NCBI GenBank assembly: GCA_024704765.1
Contig: JAKMXF010000014.1
Span: forward strand, 1-64,000
Direction of reading: 5' to 3'
Source of the DNA: Oopsacas minuta
Taxonomy: Eukaryota > Animalia > Porifera
Length of the DNA stretch: 64,000 bases
Part shown: positions 50,008 to 60,725 of the stretch, piece by piece
Position numbering within the stretch: position 1 is the first letter of the stretch
Layout: each line of letters starts with the position of its first letter
Made by a program: the position numbers and the translations under genes
Notes under the pieces: model-generated
Seen by the model: only the letters and a program-made list of their open reading frames with translations
Told to the model about the DNA's origin: nothing
Databases searched by the model: none

Positions 50008-50937
50008 TTAGAATATCTGTAGACAACTCATACTAGCACAACTTGCAACAATAATTCTGCCATTATAATCTACTGTAATTCCTGTTGGATAAGAAATAGA
50101 GATTTTATGGATACATTCATATTCAGAATTGAAAATAAGAATAGAATCAGATCCATAATCTGTGATTAGAATATTACCAGAGTTGTCTAGAAAGAAGAAC
50201 GAAGGAAATATCACTTGCTGTCCTTCTCCTCTAGAAATTATATTCTTTTGTAGAATTAGATCTTTGTCGAAAATGTGTAGACATGGGTTTGATGCATCCA
50301 GGATAAAAATTTTGTCTTTATTGAGTTTGATATCAATAGGTTTTGTGTCTCTAGCAAACTTCGACTTGAAATGAAGGTTTTCTGAGAGTATTTGAATGCG
50401 GTTGTTACTATAATCACAAATATAAACATCTCCATTTGATTCATCGATTGTTATACCCCAAGGATAATTAAACTCTAATTCTCCGTTTCCAAGTTTACCT
50501 ATTTTAGAAACAAACTTTCCATCCAATTGATAGTTCATGATACAGTGATTATCTTGAGAAATAAGAACTCTATTTCTACAAATAGCTAAACATTTCGGGT
50601 AGCTCATATTACCATCATCGTTGCTGTCTCCGAATCTGAATAAATACTTAGCAGTACTGTCAAATACTTTAACGCAATGATTGCATTGATCTGCTAAATA
50701 AATATTTCCCATTTGGTTATCTACTGTAATACCTAGTGGTGTGCCAAGTTGTCCATCCCCAATTCTTTCCTTACAAATACTCGCTAGAGGTTGTTTCTTG
50801 CTTGTATAATCAATTCCTCTCATTTTCTCCGCCAACTCTCCCAACTTGTTTACTTCACTAAATGTTTTTGATTTCAATTCCAACTCAAAATTATCTCTTC
50901 TATTCTCTTTCTCCCTCGGAGGATTAGCTGTAGCCAT
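50008..50937 (-). CDS. NHL-repeat protein of a divergent subfamily, short N-terminus (309 aa)
   Basis: PLGITVDNQMGNIYLADQCNHCVKVFD, FNYPWGITIDESNGDVYICDYSNNRIQIL, PTGITVDYNGRIIV; intronless. Confidence 0.88.
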   Translation of the reverse strand: MATANPPREKENRRDNFELELKSKTFSEVNKLGELAEKMRGIDYTSKKQPLASICKERIGDGQLGTPLGITVDNQMGNIYLADQCNHCVKVFDSTAKYLFRFGDSNDDGNMSYPKCLAICRNRVLISQDNHCIMNYQLDGKFVSKIGKLGNGELEFNYPWGITIDESNGDVYICDYSNNRIQILSENLHFKSKFARDTKPIDIKLNKDKIFILDASNPCLHIFDKDLILQKNIISRGEGQQVIFPSFFFLDNSGNILITDYGSDSILIFNSEYECIHKISISYPTGITVDYNGRIIVASCASMSCLQIF

Positions 50938-51128
50938 TTGATTTATTTGTTCCAGTTATAACTTACAAATTGTTTATTAGAAATAATTCAATTCTACAAT
51001 AATATTACACCTATTGTTATGACTAATGAGTTCGTAATTATATCATTGGATAATATTAATCCAGTATATCTACACAAATTCGCTATTTACAATTCCAACA
51101 AGAATAAAACGATTACATCACTTATAGT

Positions 51129-52292
51129 CTAAAAATATTTTCTATGTATAATGCAAGGACCCCATTCATCATACTCCCATATAGTAATAGATATATCTTT
51201 GAATGTAGAAAGAGAAGCTATTAAGGCTCCTCCCATCCATGCGAGGTATTTTCTCTCAGCTGGTGCTATCACTCTTACACTGGTAGTGCTAGGAGCAAGG
51301 AAAGATATCTCCTTCTCCAACCGCTCTCTGATCCCAGGGAACATGCAATTACCACCTGACAGTACTATATTAGCATACAGGTGTTTACGTGTGTCCATAT
51401 CACACATGTTTATAGAGGAGTATATGCTCTGATGAATACCAGAGGGGTCACATTTGGACAGGAGGAGGGAAGGTTGGAAGAGAGCTTCTGGACAGCTGAA
51501 CAACTCTTTGTCTAGATAAATATACTTACCGTCAGGCAGCTCGTATCTCCTCCCTAGCTTCTCACAACTTGTAGCAGATGATGATGATGATGTCATAGCC
51601 ATATCACGTTGATAATCTTGAGATACGTGAGTGAGTTCCTCTTTGATGTCACGAACAATATTTCTCTGATGGGAGTTACTGCATAATAACTGACCATAGC
51701 GTTCATCCAAAGACTGATAGAGGTAGTCAGTGAGTAGTGCTCCACATGTGTGTACAGGCTGTATAGCTTCTGGGATAGGGTTAGAATTAAATACAGGAAT
51801 TGCCTGAGATACCGCGTGACCAGATTCTAAGACTATTCCAGTAGTACGACCTGTTCCAAAGAGAGAGAGTTTAGCACTACTAGACATACACAGTCTTGGT
51901 ATGTTGTATGTTTCAAACATTATTTGAGCTATCTTCTCACGGTTGGCTTTAGAATTAATTTGTGTGTCAGTCAGTAAGACAGGATTTTCTTCAGGTGCTA
52001 CACGTAGTCTGTAGAATGTATCCCACCATACAAGTTCCATATCATCCCAGTTAGTTATAATCCCATTCTCGATTGGATTTTTGGTTCTAAGTATTCCATC
52101 TAGTTTGAGAGCTTCATAGCCCACTAAAGGTTTCAAACCATTCACCATACATATATGTTTATACCGACCTATGATGCAGGGGATTTCCAAACAAGGAAGT
52201 TGATCTTTAGCAAATCCTGCTTTGATATGATCAGTACCATTATCTAGTATAACTGGGGGTAGAGGATATTGATCCATCTGGTACCCAAACAT
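51129..52292 (-). CDS. Divergent actin-like / actin-related protein, intronless
   Basis: ILDNG, GIITNWDDME, APEENPVLLT, MFETYNIP, GRTTGIV, DIKE, YELPDG, CPEALFQP, NIVLSGG, ERKYLAWMGG, IIHRKYF. Confidence 0.9.
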   Translation of the reverse strand: MFGYQMDQYPLPPVILDNGTDHIKAGFAKDQLPCLEIPCIIGRYKHICMVNGLKPLVGYEALKLDGILRTKNPIENGIITNWDDMELVWWDTFYRLRVAPEENPVLLTDTQINSKANREKIAQIMFETYNIPRLCMSSSAKLSLFGTGRTTGIVLESGHAVSQAIPVFNSNPIPEAIQPVHTCGALLTDYLYQSLDERYGQLLCSNSHQRNIVRDIKEELTHVSQDYQRDMAMTSSSSSATSCEKLGRRYELPDGKYIYLDKELFSCPEALFQPSLLLSKCDPSGIHQSIYSSINMCDMDTRKHLYANIVLSGGNCMFPGIRERLEKEISFLAPSTTSVRVIAPAERKYLAWMGGALIASLSTFKDISITIWEYDEWGPCIIHRKYF

Positions 52293-52717
52293 TCATTTTT
52301 GTAATAATTAGTGTTATACTTATACTGTATGTATAGAAACGCCAACCTTTGTGAATAGCATATAAACTGCATGCCTGAACACAGAGCCGGGCTAATTTTG
52401 GATGCAAACTAATATATTAAGGTAGTATACTATATTTATATGTTTCCTAAAAATATTGATTATAATAATTTAAAACACCAATCCGTATTGCGGGATAAGT
52501 AATTTCCAATTGGAGAGGATCAGTGTCTGAATATGCGAATATTAATGTTATTGAAGGATTCATTTACACTAGTTCTGCATGCAAAATTACCTATACGACC
52601 TATTTGATTCCTCATTCATTCCGCACTGCGCATTATTAACACTTTTCATAGCTCAGTTGGAGAAGATATTTTTAGAATATTGAGAATGATATAAAATAAA
52701 ATCAGAGGAGTCCATAA

Positions 52718-54640
52718 TTAATTCTTGCTACTGTTTTTCTGAATTATTTCCATTCTTGTTATAGAATACATCTCCCTTATATTCCTATACACTATTCCCT
52801 CTCCATAACATAATTTTACAGATATCATTCCTCTCTCAATATACTCCATTGCCTCTTCAATACAATCTAGTTGTAATAGAAGTTTAGCTAGTTTTACTGT
52901 GTTTATTACTACACAAGGGTAATTATTCGCTATTCCTATCTCTGTATACCATATTGAGAGTTTCTTGCCACTAACCATTGCTTCTTTCCAGTTGCCCAGT
53001 TCTATATGTGCGTCCATAATCTGCTCCAATATTCTGACTGTTTCATAATCTGCTTTTTGTTTACAATCAAACAAACTATTAGTTGTTTCTAGAATATTCT
53101 TCCATTCTAAAAGCTTTCTACTTTCTATTATCTCTCGTAATAATATGCTATTCGTATTTGGCACCATTGGTCTGTCATATTCTTCTAGACACGTATTACA
53201 CTCACATTTGAAAAGATAGCCTTTCAACAGTTCGTATCTTCTCTCTTCTATTCCCTGTATAATATCAATGTAGCTAACGGTTAATTCATCTCCTGCCGCT
53301 ACTCTCTCTATTGCTCGGATTGTAATTTGTCTCCCAGAGAAATGTTGTACACAGTTCGGCCTGCAGGAGTGGTTAAGAAGGGAAGCTACAGAGTATACCG
53401 CTACAGCTTTTGGGACTAATTCCTCTGTCAATACTGAAAAAGTATTTGTGTAAAGTTTCTCTAAAGCTCTGTACACCAGTTGAGAACTAAAATTGAATTT
53501 TCCATTCAATCTGACCATAACTAACTGCACATACTGCGAAAACATCTCCTTAGTAATTTCCGGAATATTCTCTTGTGATCCCATGAGTTGTATCTCATCA
53601 CAAAACGTATCTCCTTGTTGTCGTCTACTTTTAACAAAGTTTAGTAAAATAAATAATATTAGTAAAAAATCTCCGATGTCAATACAATATACCGAAAAAT
53701 TACACGATACGACAATTTTGGTTCTACATTTCTATCAAGGCTGTGTTTATAGTACCGGTACAGGGAGCGAGGAAATCTTCATTACCAGTAAGGGCTAATG
53801 GTTTGAATCCCATTCAGTAACAAAATATTGCATCAAACACCCATAGTGACATCTAGGAGGTAGTAAAACAGCTGTGTACATTGAGGAGCATTATTGACAT
53901 TATCCAATGTAAAAGTCTGAACTATACGAAAAATAGTGAGATAAAATCCACCAATACGCAATACAAATCGAAGCAATATCTAACCTGATATCTCAATCAA
54001 GCAACGAAATATTACATCCAAAGTAACATAGGTGGAAGTGAAACGTCTGGACAACATACAGGAAATACTACCGAGATCTGTTAAATTTACTTAATGTCTT
54101 GGTACCGGTACTGTAGCCACAGAGACGTGGCCAGTGTATGGCACCTGCGGCTCCTGTACCCACTACTTTCCGCACCATCGAAACATGGGAAAATATGGAA
54201 ATAGTCGAAAATATCGGGAAATATCTGAAAACAATATGATAAAACATTTCATTTGTATCACTACCATACCTTGATTTTAATATATTTTGATTCTTCTTCA
54301 ATAATCTTATAAGCAATAACAGGAGGGTAGGTATATTCTTCTCTCCTGTAGCACTAAAACTTATATCACATTCTGCTGAATGTAGTGACCAATCTCTCTT
54401 CTGACATTCTCTATCACAATACCTTGCTCTCTTACAAACAGAACATTTCAACAAATCGTGTGGAGAACACATACATGAATAGCATGTAGACTGTTCATAT
54501 TCTGGGATAACACAAATAGCTATAGCAGTGTCTTGAATTATAACATCACCCGGATTTCTCTGATGTGTAGAAGTTAGTGATCTTCCTTTCTTCTCGTCTA
54601 ACTCTATCATGATGAGCTTTTCCTTCAGCAACGTTTCCAT
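52718..54640 (-). CDS. SMYD-family (split SET + MYND) lysine methyltransferase, 2 exons, about 426 aa
   Basis: Exon 1 54640-54270 (KGRSL; MYND CYSC..CSVC..YCDREC..DWSLHSAEC), phase-2 intron, exon 2 from 53627 or 53624 to 52718 (SLLNHSCRPN, ELTVSYID, post-SET YLFKCECNTC, helical TPR-like C-terminus). Confidence 0.88.
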
Positions 54641-55449
54641 TTGATATGTAAATCTAGTTTAGTTATACAAAAGTTAGAGGATGTCCGACCGGACTAGTTT
54701 TGGCAACCAAACTGAGCCGGTGTAGATTTTTTAATAATAGAGCAGATTCATCGAAAATTTTATCAAAAACTCCAAAACAAAGAGATACTGATACATCATT
54801 TCTGGTACGGTTACATTTGACATTAAGCCATAAAAATCAACAATTCTAAAGGAAGGTAAACATCTGAGCGACAATTGTGCCTAGAAATAGAGCTACAGTG
54901 GTTAATGGTATCTCTTATAACAAACAATAACGGACAATGGGACAATGGTTCTGATCCCAAAGTGTCCGTTGTTTAGAGGCTTATGATGGACTATTAAAAC
55001 GTATAGGAGCTAGCTTTTTAATTAAATCTATAAAATCTGTACAGACAACCCTAAAAGCCAAGTAAGCCTTTCCCCAGAAGTCCTCGGTAAAAACGGCCCC
55101 TGAGAATACAAGTTTGGGGCGTAGACCCTCGGGCCCCCAAACACCAATCATTGTAAATCTAGAGTCTGCATAGATAGGTCCAAAATATTTACACGGACCG
55201 ATTTAGCTAAAACTGGTTGGTGGAACAAATATGGCTAGCTAAAGAGGGACGTGGGAGACAGGCTCAGGTGACCAAAAGTCGTCCTGCCGAACCACATTAA
55301 GCCCAGAAAATTTGGCGTGACAGGGCAACTCTGAATAAGAAGATAATTGTAAAAAGTTATAAGAAATAGAATAAGAATAAAAGTTATACACGAATTGTAT
55401 AAAGAAAATATTAGCTATGAATGAATGAATAATTACATGCAAGATAAGT

Positions 55450-56718
55450 TCAAAAGAATTGTAGACAATTAGTATTCTTCTGACAAACAACTATAATGTG
55501 TCCTGTGTTGTCTAGTGCTATTCCAAATGGGTAATAGAACTCCCCGATACCCTGACCTTCCTTACCAAACTTGTGTATCTGTTCTCCCCCCTGATTGAAT
55601 ACATACACACAGTGATTACTGTTGTCACTCACAATCATGTTATAATCTCTGTCTATGTCGAAACAGAATGGATTGTTTGTTTGTTTGCCATCACCTCGAG
55701 TTATCAGTCTGTTGATTAGAACGTGATCCGAATTGAACACAAACATACACGGATCACTTCTATCTAGCACCAATACTCTGTCTCTTGTAACCTTTACGTC
55801 AAAAGGATCCTCAAACAAATCTATTCCTAGCATTGAATGGAACTTGAGTTTTTGAGTTAAGATTTGAACTCTACGATTATAAAAATCACATACATACACA
55901 TTGCTATTTCTATCAGAGACATCTAGTCCCTGTGGATTGTAGAACTGAGCTTCTCCATTCCCTTCCCTACCAACACTCTTGATTAGTTTCCCTCCTAGCT
56001 CGTACTTATTAATACAATGACCACAGTTTTGTGTAACAAACACATAATTGTGAGATATACAGATACCTACTGGTTTGTTCATCTTCTCACTGAACATGAA
56101 GAGATAGTCTCCGTTACTGCTAAATACCTGTACATGATGGTTGTTCATATCAGCTATGTATATGTTTCCAGTTTGGTAATGTATTGCTATAGCTCTAGGA
56201 CAGTTCATTTCTCCTGGAGCTTTCTTGTCTGAATACTTACAGTAATAAGCAGTAGGCAGCTGTTTAGCCTTGTAGTCAGGTACAACAGGCTTCACTTGAG
56301 GAGGGAAGGTGTGGGTGGGAGATATGTTAGTCTGACTGTTAAGCTTAATACTCCCTAGCTGTTCTATGTCAGTCTCGAATTGATCGTTCCATTTAAACTC
56401 AATGCTACTGTCTGTCTCAGCTGTTAGTTCTGTTATCTTCTTTTCAATAGCTGATTGAATTATTTGTTGAATGTCAGTGAGTTTATTAGCGGAGAGAGTC
56501 TCTGTAGCTTGTGCCATTTCTTTGTTCAAAGCTTCGACCAATGAATTCATTTCTTGAGTTTTGCTATTATAATCTTTCTCTATTTGATCAATACGAGAGA
56601 GGAGGATACTCTCTCTGAGTTGTAGAGCTTCATGCGACTTCTTGAAGCAGTCTCTAATCCTCATTCTAGACTCTTTTATCTGAGTTATGAAACTCAAATC
56701 AACTTCTGCAGTAGCCAT
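55450..56718 (-). CDS. Coiled-coil + NHL protein, paralogue E
   Basis: The first ATG (MATAEVDL) is at 56718 (ORF-track start 56772 is TTG); 422 aa, intronless. Confidence 0.92.
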   Translation of the reverse strand: MATAEVDLSFITQIKESRMRIRDCFKKSHEALQLRESILLSRIDQIEKDYNSKTQEMNSLVEALNKEMAQATETLSANKLTDIQQIIQSAIEKKITELTAETDSSIEFKWNDQFETDIEQLGSIKLNSQTNISPTHTFPPQVKPVVPDYKAKQLPTAYYCKYSDKKAPGEMNCPRAIAIHYQTGNIYIADMNNHHVQVFSSNGDYLFMFSEKMNKPVGICISHNYVFVTQNCGHCINKYELGGKLIKSVGREGNGEAQFYNPQGLDVSDRNSNVYVCDFYNRRVQILTQKLKFHSMLGIDLFEDPFDVKVTRDRVLVLDRSDPCMFVFNSDHVLINRLITRGDGKQTNNPFCFDIDRDYNMIVSDNSNHCVYVFNQGGEQIHKFGKEGQGIGEFYYPFGIALDNTGHIIVVCQKNTNCLQFF

Positions 56719-56952
56719 CTGGGTAGAAAAAATTCCTTTTGTGAAATGAGTGATAGTGAATATGCTAAACAATAGATACAGTAGAAACCTCTATAAGTGG
56801 GGGAGGCCGAAGGTGGGGCGCGAATCTCCTGATAACCCCCCATTCCCCATTCATACTTCCAAATATAAATGTCCTTGACGACAGATATACGAGTCAAATG
56901 TATAGCAACTACACGGGTCAAGAAACGTGAACAAGTATTCTGTACAGTATTC

Positions 56953-57053
56953 CGTAGGGAATCCTGTTTCCCTAAACATCATTCATTAGTGAATAATGTT
57001 TGGGCGATCAATATTCACCAAGGGGAAACACTCAGAGAACAGGATTCCCTATG
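56953..57053. repeat. Short inverted-repeat element (probable MITE)
   Basis: cgtagggaatcctgtt ... aacaggattccctatg ends; no TSD recognised. Confidence 0.5.
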
Positions 57054-57387
57054 ACACCGTCATTAATCGATCACCAAATTTATGATCCCATCACGATCAC
57101 GATCACGATCACGATCATTAAAAAATGATCGAAGATCGTGATTCGATCCTTTCGCCAAAAAAGGATTATGAACCTAACGCTATTACGTCCACTATCAGAT
57201 TTCTAATCACTTTTCAGAAATTTATAAGCGGCTCCTATAGAGAAATGCGATATTACGCACGTCCGTTCGTTCGTGCGACCATGCGAAATCTACCAATCGC
57301 CATCAAATTAGTACAAGCCTACACATCGAAATCAGCCACGTATATACCTACGTATTGCGTAACTAGCATTAAGGCAGAGGAAGCAAT

Positions 57388-59249
57388 TGCCTCCTCGCTT
57401 TTTCGGGGCTCCCTTATCTCCTTATTGTAATCACCTCTATATATTGAGGCAAATATTCATCCCTGCCTCCTCGCTCAGGGATTTCTAGTTACGCTCTAGC
57501 AATTAATTCAATTAGAGTGGTCTAATGAAATAATTATGTACACACTGCTAGAATAGGATAAAAATCTCAAATCATCGCCTGTGACCACGAAATTTCATTC
57601 AAGAAATTATACTGCCTTTTTGAATCTGTAAATTTCTACCGAATAATTTGGCTTAACATGAAGTCTCTATATTATAAATAACATTCTTGTCCCGTGATGG
57701 TTACGACAAGCGAAGTCTCTAACTGCAGTGTATAAATGCTATACACATAAGCCTGTAATCGTAAGCTAATGACTATCTATCTAGTATATAGTATGTCACT
57801 GGATATAGCAAAAGTATAAACACTATTGAGATAGCCAACCATTTAATGCTGAGCCTTTAGGGTGGCTGAACACGAATTGATCAGGTTTATGCTATCGGTC
57901 TGGACCGCCCTGTCCGGTCCATCAAATTCCCGGATCGCTGCAACACTGACATGTGTATGCTACGCTCCAGGATGTCTTACAAATAAGTACCTTATGTCCC
58001 GCTTTTCTGTTAAACCTGGTATTGTATCTGTTTCAAATCCACAGGCGGATCTCCAGTGCAGTGGCTGGTAGAGTTGGGGGTGTGGGGGCTTACTCCCCAG
58101 AAAAAAATCACTTTTAAGCTGTTAAGTTAACCGCCAACCTGTCAGTTTAGAATATTCCAGGAAATCATAATAATATTAATGTTACCCTAATTCTTACATT
58201 CTGTAGGTGTAATCTGCTAGTCAATAAATATATTTTGAATTTACTGTATCCTAACAAATGCTATTACATTAGTATAGTGTCTCAGTTCTAAAATGGTTGA
58301 CTTAGAATATACGTATTTATGTTTGTATGTTTTCGCTCTGCTGTTCACACCTTTAGAGATTAAGACACCAAATTCGGCATGTATACTCGTAGTGACATCT
58401 AGTTGTGTACCTGACATATGAAAAATTTATAATGTATACATTTTCACACCTTTAGACACCTGGGGCCTTATTAACTAAAATTCTTAACTAAAATTCTTAG
58501 AATTTTGCTTAACTTTAAGTCAAATTCTTAGAATAATTCTAACAATTCGAACAATTCTAAGAAAAATATTTAGTGAGGTAAAGAGGACACTTAACTTATA
58601 ATTTATTCTACTTTTCTATGAAATGATAATCAATACGCATTTAATAATAAAGAAGATTGTTTATCGCTTAAGACAATATGTTTGATTATCATATCTACAT
58701 GTGGTAATATCCGCTATTGGGTGGGGCAATTTATCTCATTAATGATAAATGAAGTATACAAGTAGAAGGATATTATTTTCTACTATGAGCATATCTTCTC
58801 AAAAAGCGATTGAAGTCGAATGAATTGGCATAAATTTTATTAATCAATAACAAGAATCAATCAAGTAGAATTACCCAATTCTAAGAATTATTCTTAGAAT
58901 CCGTTAAGTATAGCCAAGTTAAGAATTCTTAACGAAAACTAAGAATATTTCATGAATTCTTAGAATTATTCTTAGAAATACACTTAGAATTAAGTTAAGA
59001 ATAATTCTTAGAATTTTAGTTAATAAGGCCCCTGTATTTTAACAGAATCAAATTGTAGGTTTACAATTAAGCTTAAATGCATAAAATTAGTTCTGGTGGA
59101 GTTTATGTAATGTAATTAGCTCTGTAATGTATTTGTATTGACCATAGACTGCAATTCTATTGGTCAATACATTCTATGAATATATATGTACATTTATCAT
59201 ATGATTAATCATTTCACACCTTTTTGGTGAACATTTCAAAATTATCCTA
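57388..59249 (-). repeat. Inverted copy of spacer 25247-26473, carrying extra insertions
   Basis: Reverse-complement identity to 25247-26473 except a 569-bp MITE (58463-59031) and about 70 bp of extra sequence near 58250-58310. Confidence 0.9.
58463..59031. mobile_element. PIF/Harbinger-type MITE, 569 bp
   Basis: TIRs gggccttattaactaaaattct / agaattttagttaataaggccc; 3-bp TSD CTG (58460-58462 and 59032-59034). The empty site is visible in the paralogous spacer (cag at 25462-25464). Confidence 0.88.
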
Positions 59250-59477
59250 GAGGTTAGGTTACACTTGTTAAATAGGAGTAAACAGGGATGTTAATTTCGA
59301 TTTTATCTTTCTTTGGTAAAATGGATATTTTTAGTAGAAAAATATAATTTCAATAATCCACTAAAATGAATTTGGGAAAATTAAAGTCGGCACAGAGAAT
59401 GATTCAAGAGTTGTATGGTGAAAATCTAGAAATTGTATACACGAATAATGTTGTTACTTGTTTGTAAGTCAAAAGAA

Positions 59478-60725
59478 TCAAAAGAATTGTAGACAATTAG
59501 TATTCTTCTGACACACAACTATAATGTGTCCTGTGTTGTTTAGTGTTATTCCCCATGGGTAACTGAACTCCCCGATACCCTGACCTTCCTTCCCAAACTT
59601 GTGTATCTGTTCTCCCTCCAGATTGAATACGTACACACAGTGATTATAGTAGTCACTCATAATGATGTTATAGTCTCTGTCTATGTCGAAACAGCATGGA
59701 TTGTTTGTTTGTTTGCCAACACCTCTAGTTATCAGTCTGTTGGTTAGAATGTGATCCGAATTGAACACAAACATACACGGATGACTATCATCTAGCACCA
59801 ATACTATATCTCTTGTAACCTTAACGTCACGTGGATACTTAAACAAATCTATTCCTAGCATGGAATGGAACTTGAGTACTTGAGTTAAGATTTGAACTCG
59901 GTTATTATTATAATCACATACGTACACATTGCGATTTCTATCAGAGACATCTACTCCGTGTGGACAGTAGAACTGAGCTTCTCCATTCCCTTCACTACCA
60001 ACACTCTTGATTAGTTTTCCTTCTAGCTCGTACTTATTAATGCAATGACCATGATATTGTGTAACAAACACATAATTCTGAGATATACAGATACCTACTG
60101 GTTTGTTCATCTTCTCACTGAACATGAAGAGATAGTCTCCGTTACTGCTAAATACTTGTACACGATCGTTGGAATAATCTGCTATGTATATGTCTCCAGT
60201 TTGGTTAAGAACTGCTATACCTCTGGGACAGTTCAGTTCCCCTGGAACTTTCTTGTGTATATCATTCTTACAGCCACAAGCAATAGGCAGCTGTTTAGCC
60301 TTGTAGTCAGGTACAACAGGCTTCACTTGAGGAAGGAAGAAGTGGGTGGGAAATATTTTAGTCTGACTGTTAAGCTTAATACTCCCTAGCTGTTCTATGT
60401 CAGTCTCGAATTGATTGTCCCATTCAAACTCAATGCTACTGCCTGTCTCAGCTGTTAGTTCATTAATTTGTTTGTGAGTTTCAGCAAGTTTATTCGCGGA
60501 GAGAGTCTCTGTAGCTTGTGTCATTTCTTTGTTCAAAGCTTCGACCAATGAATTCATTTCTTGAGTTTTATTATTGTAATCATTCTCGATTTGATCAATA
60601 CGAGAGAGGAGGATACTCTCTCTGAGCCTGAGTGCTTCATGCGACTGCTTGAAACAGTCTCTAATCTTCTTTCTACTCTCTTTTATCTGAGTTATGAAAC
60701 TCAAATCAACTTCTACAGTAGCCAT
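59478..60725 (-). CDS. Coiled-coil + NHL protein, paralogue F
   Basis: 415-aa intronless ORF of the same family. Confidence 0.92.
   Translation of the reverse strand: MATVEVDLSFITQIKESRKKIRDCFKQSHEALRLRESILLSRIDQIENDYNNKTQEMNSLVEALNKEMTQATETLSANKLAETHKQINELTAETGSSIEFEWDNQFETDIEQLGSIKLNSQTKIFPTHFFLPQVKPVVPDYKAKQLPIACGCKNDIHKKVPGELNCPRGIAVLNQTGDIYIADYSNDRVQVFSSNGDYLFMFSEKMNKPVGICISQNYVFVTQYHGHCINKYELEGKLIKSVGSEGNGEAQFYCPHGVDVSDRNRNVYVCDYNNNRVQILTQVLKFHSMLGIDLFKYPRDVKVTRDIVLVLDDSHPCMFVFNSDHILTNRLITRGVGKQTNNPCCFDIDRDYNIIMSDYYNHCVYVFNLEGEQIHKFGKEGQGIGEFSYPWGITLNNTGHIIVVCQKNTNCLQFF

Noticed and set aside
57083-57120. (CACGAT)n / GATC-rich tract as a regulatory or methylation signal
   Set aside because: A short microsatellite within a repeat-derived segment with no supporting context.
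4483-60389. Recurring antisense ORFs (MCNKHFI...; 4483, 23960, 27150, 56017, 60045) as a conserved small-protein family
   Set aside because: They are reverse-frame shadows of the conserved NHL coding sequence; lengths and starts vary and no independent signal exists.
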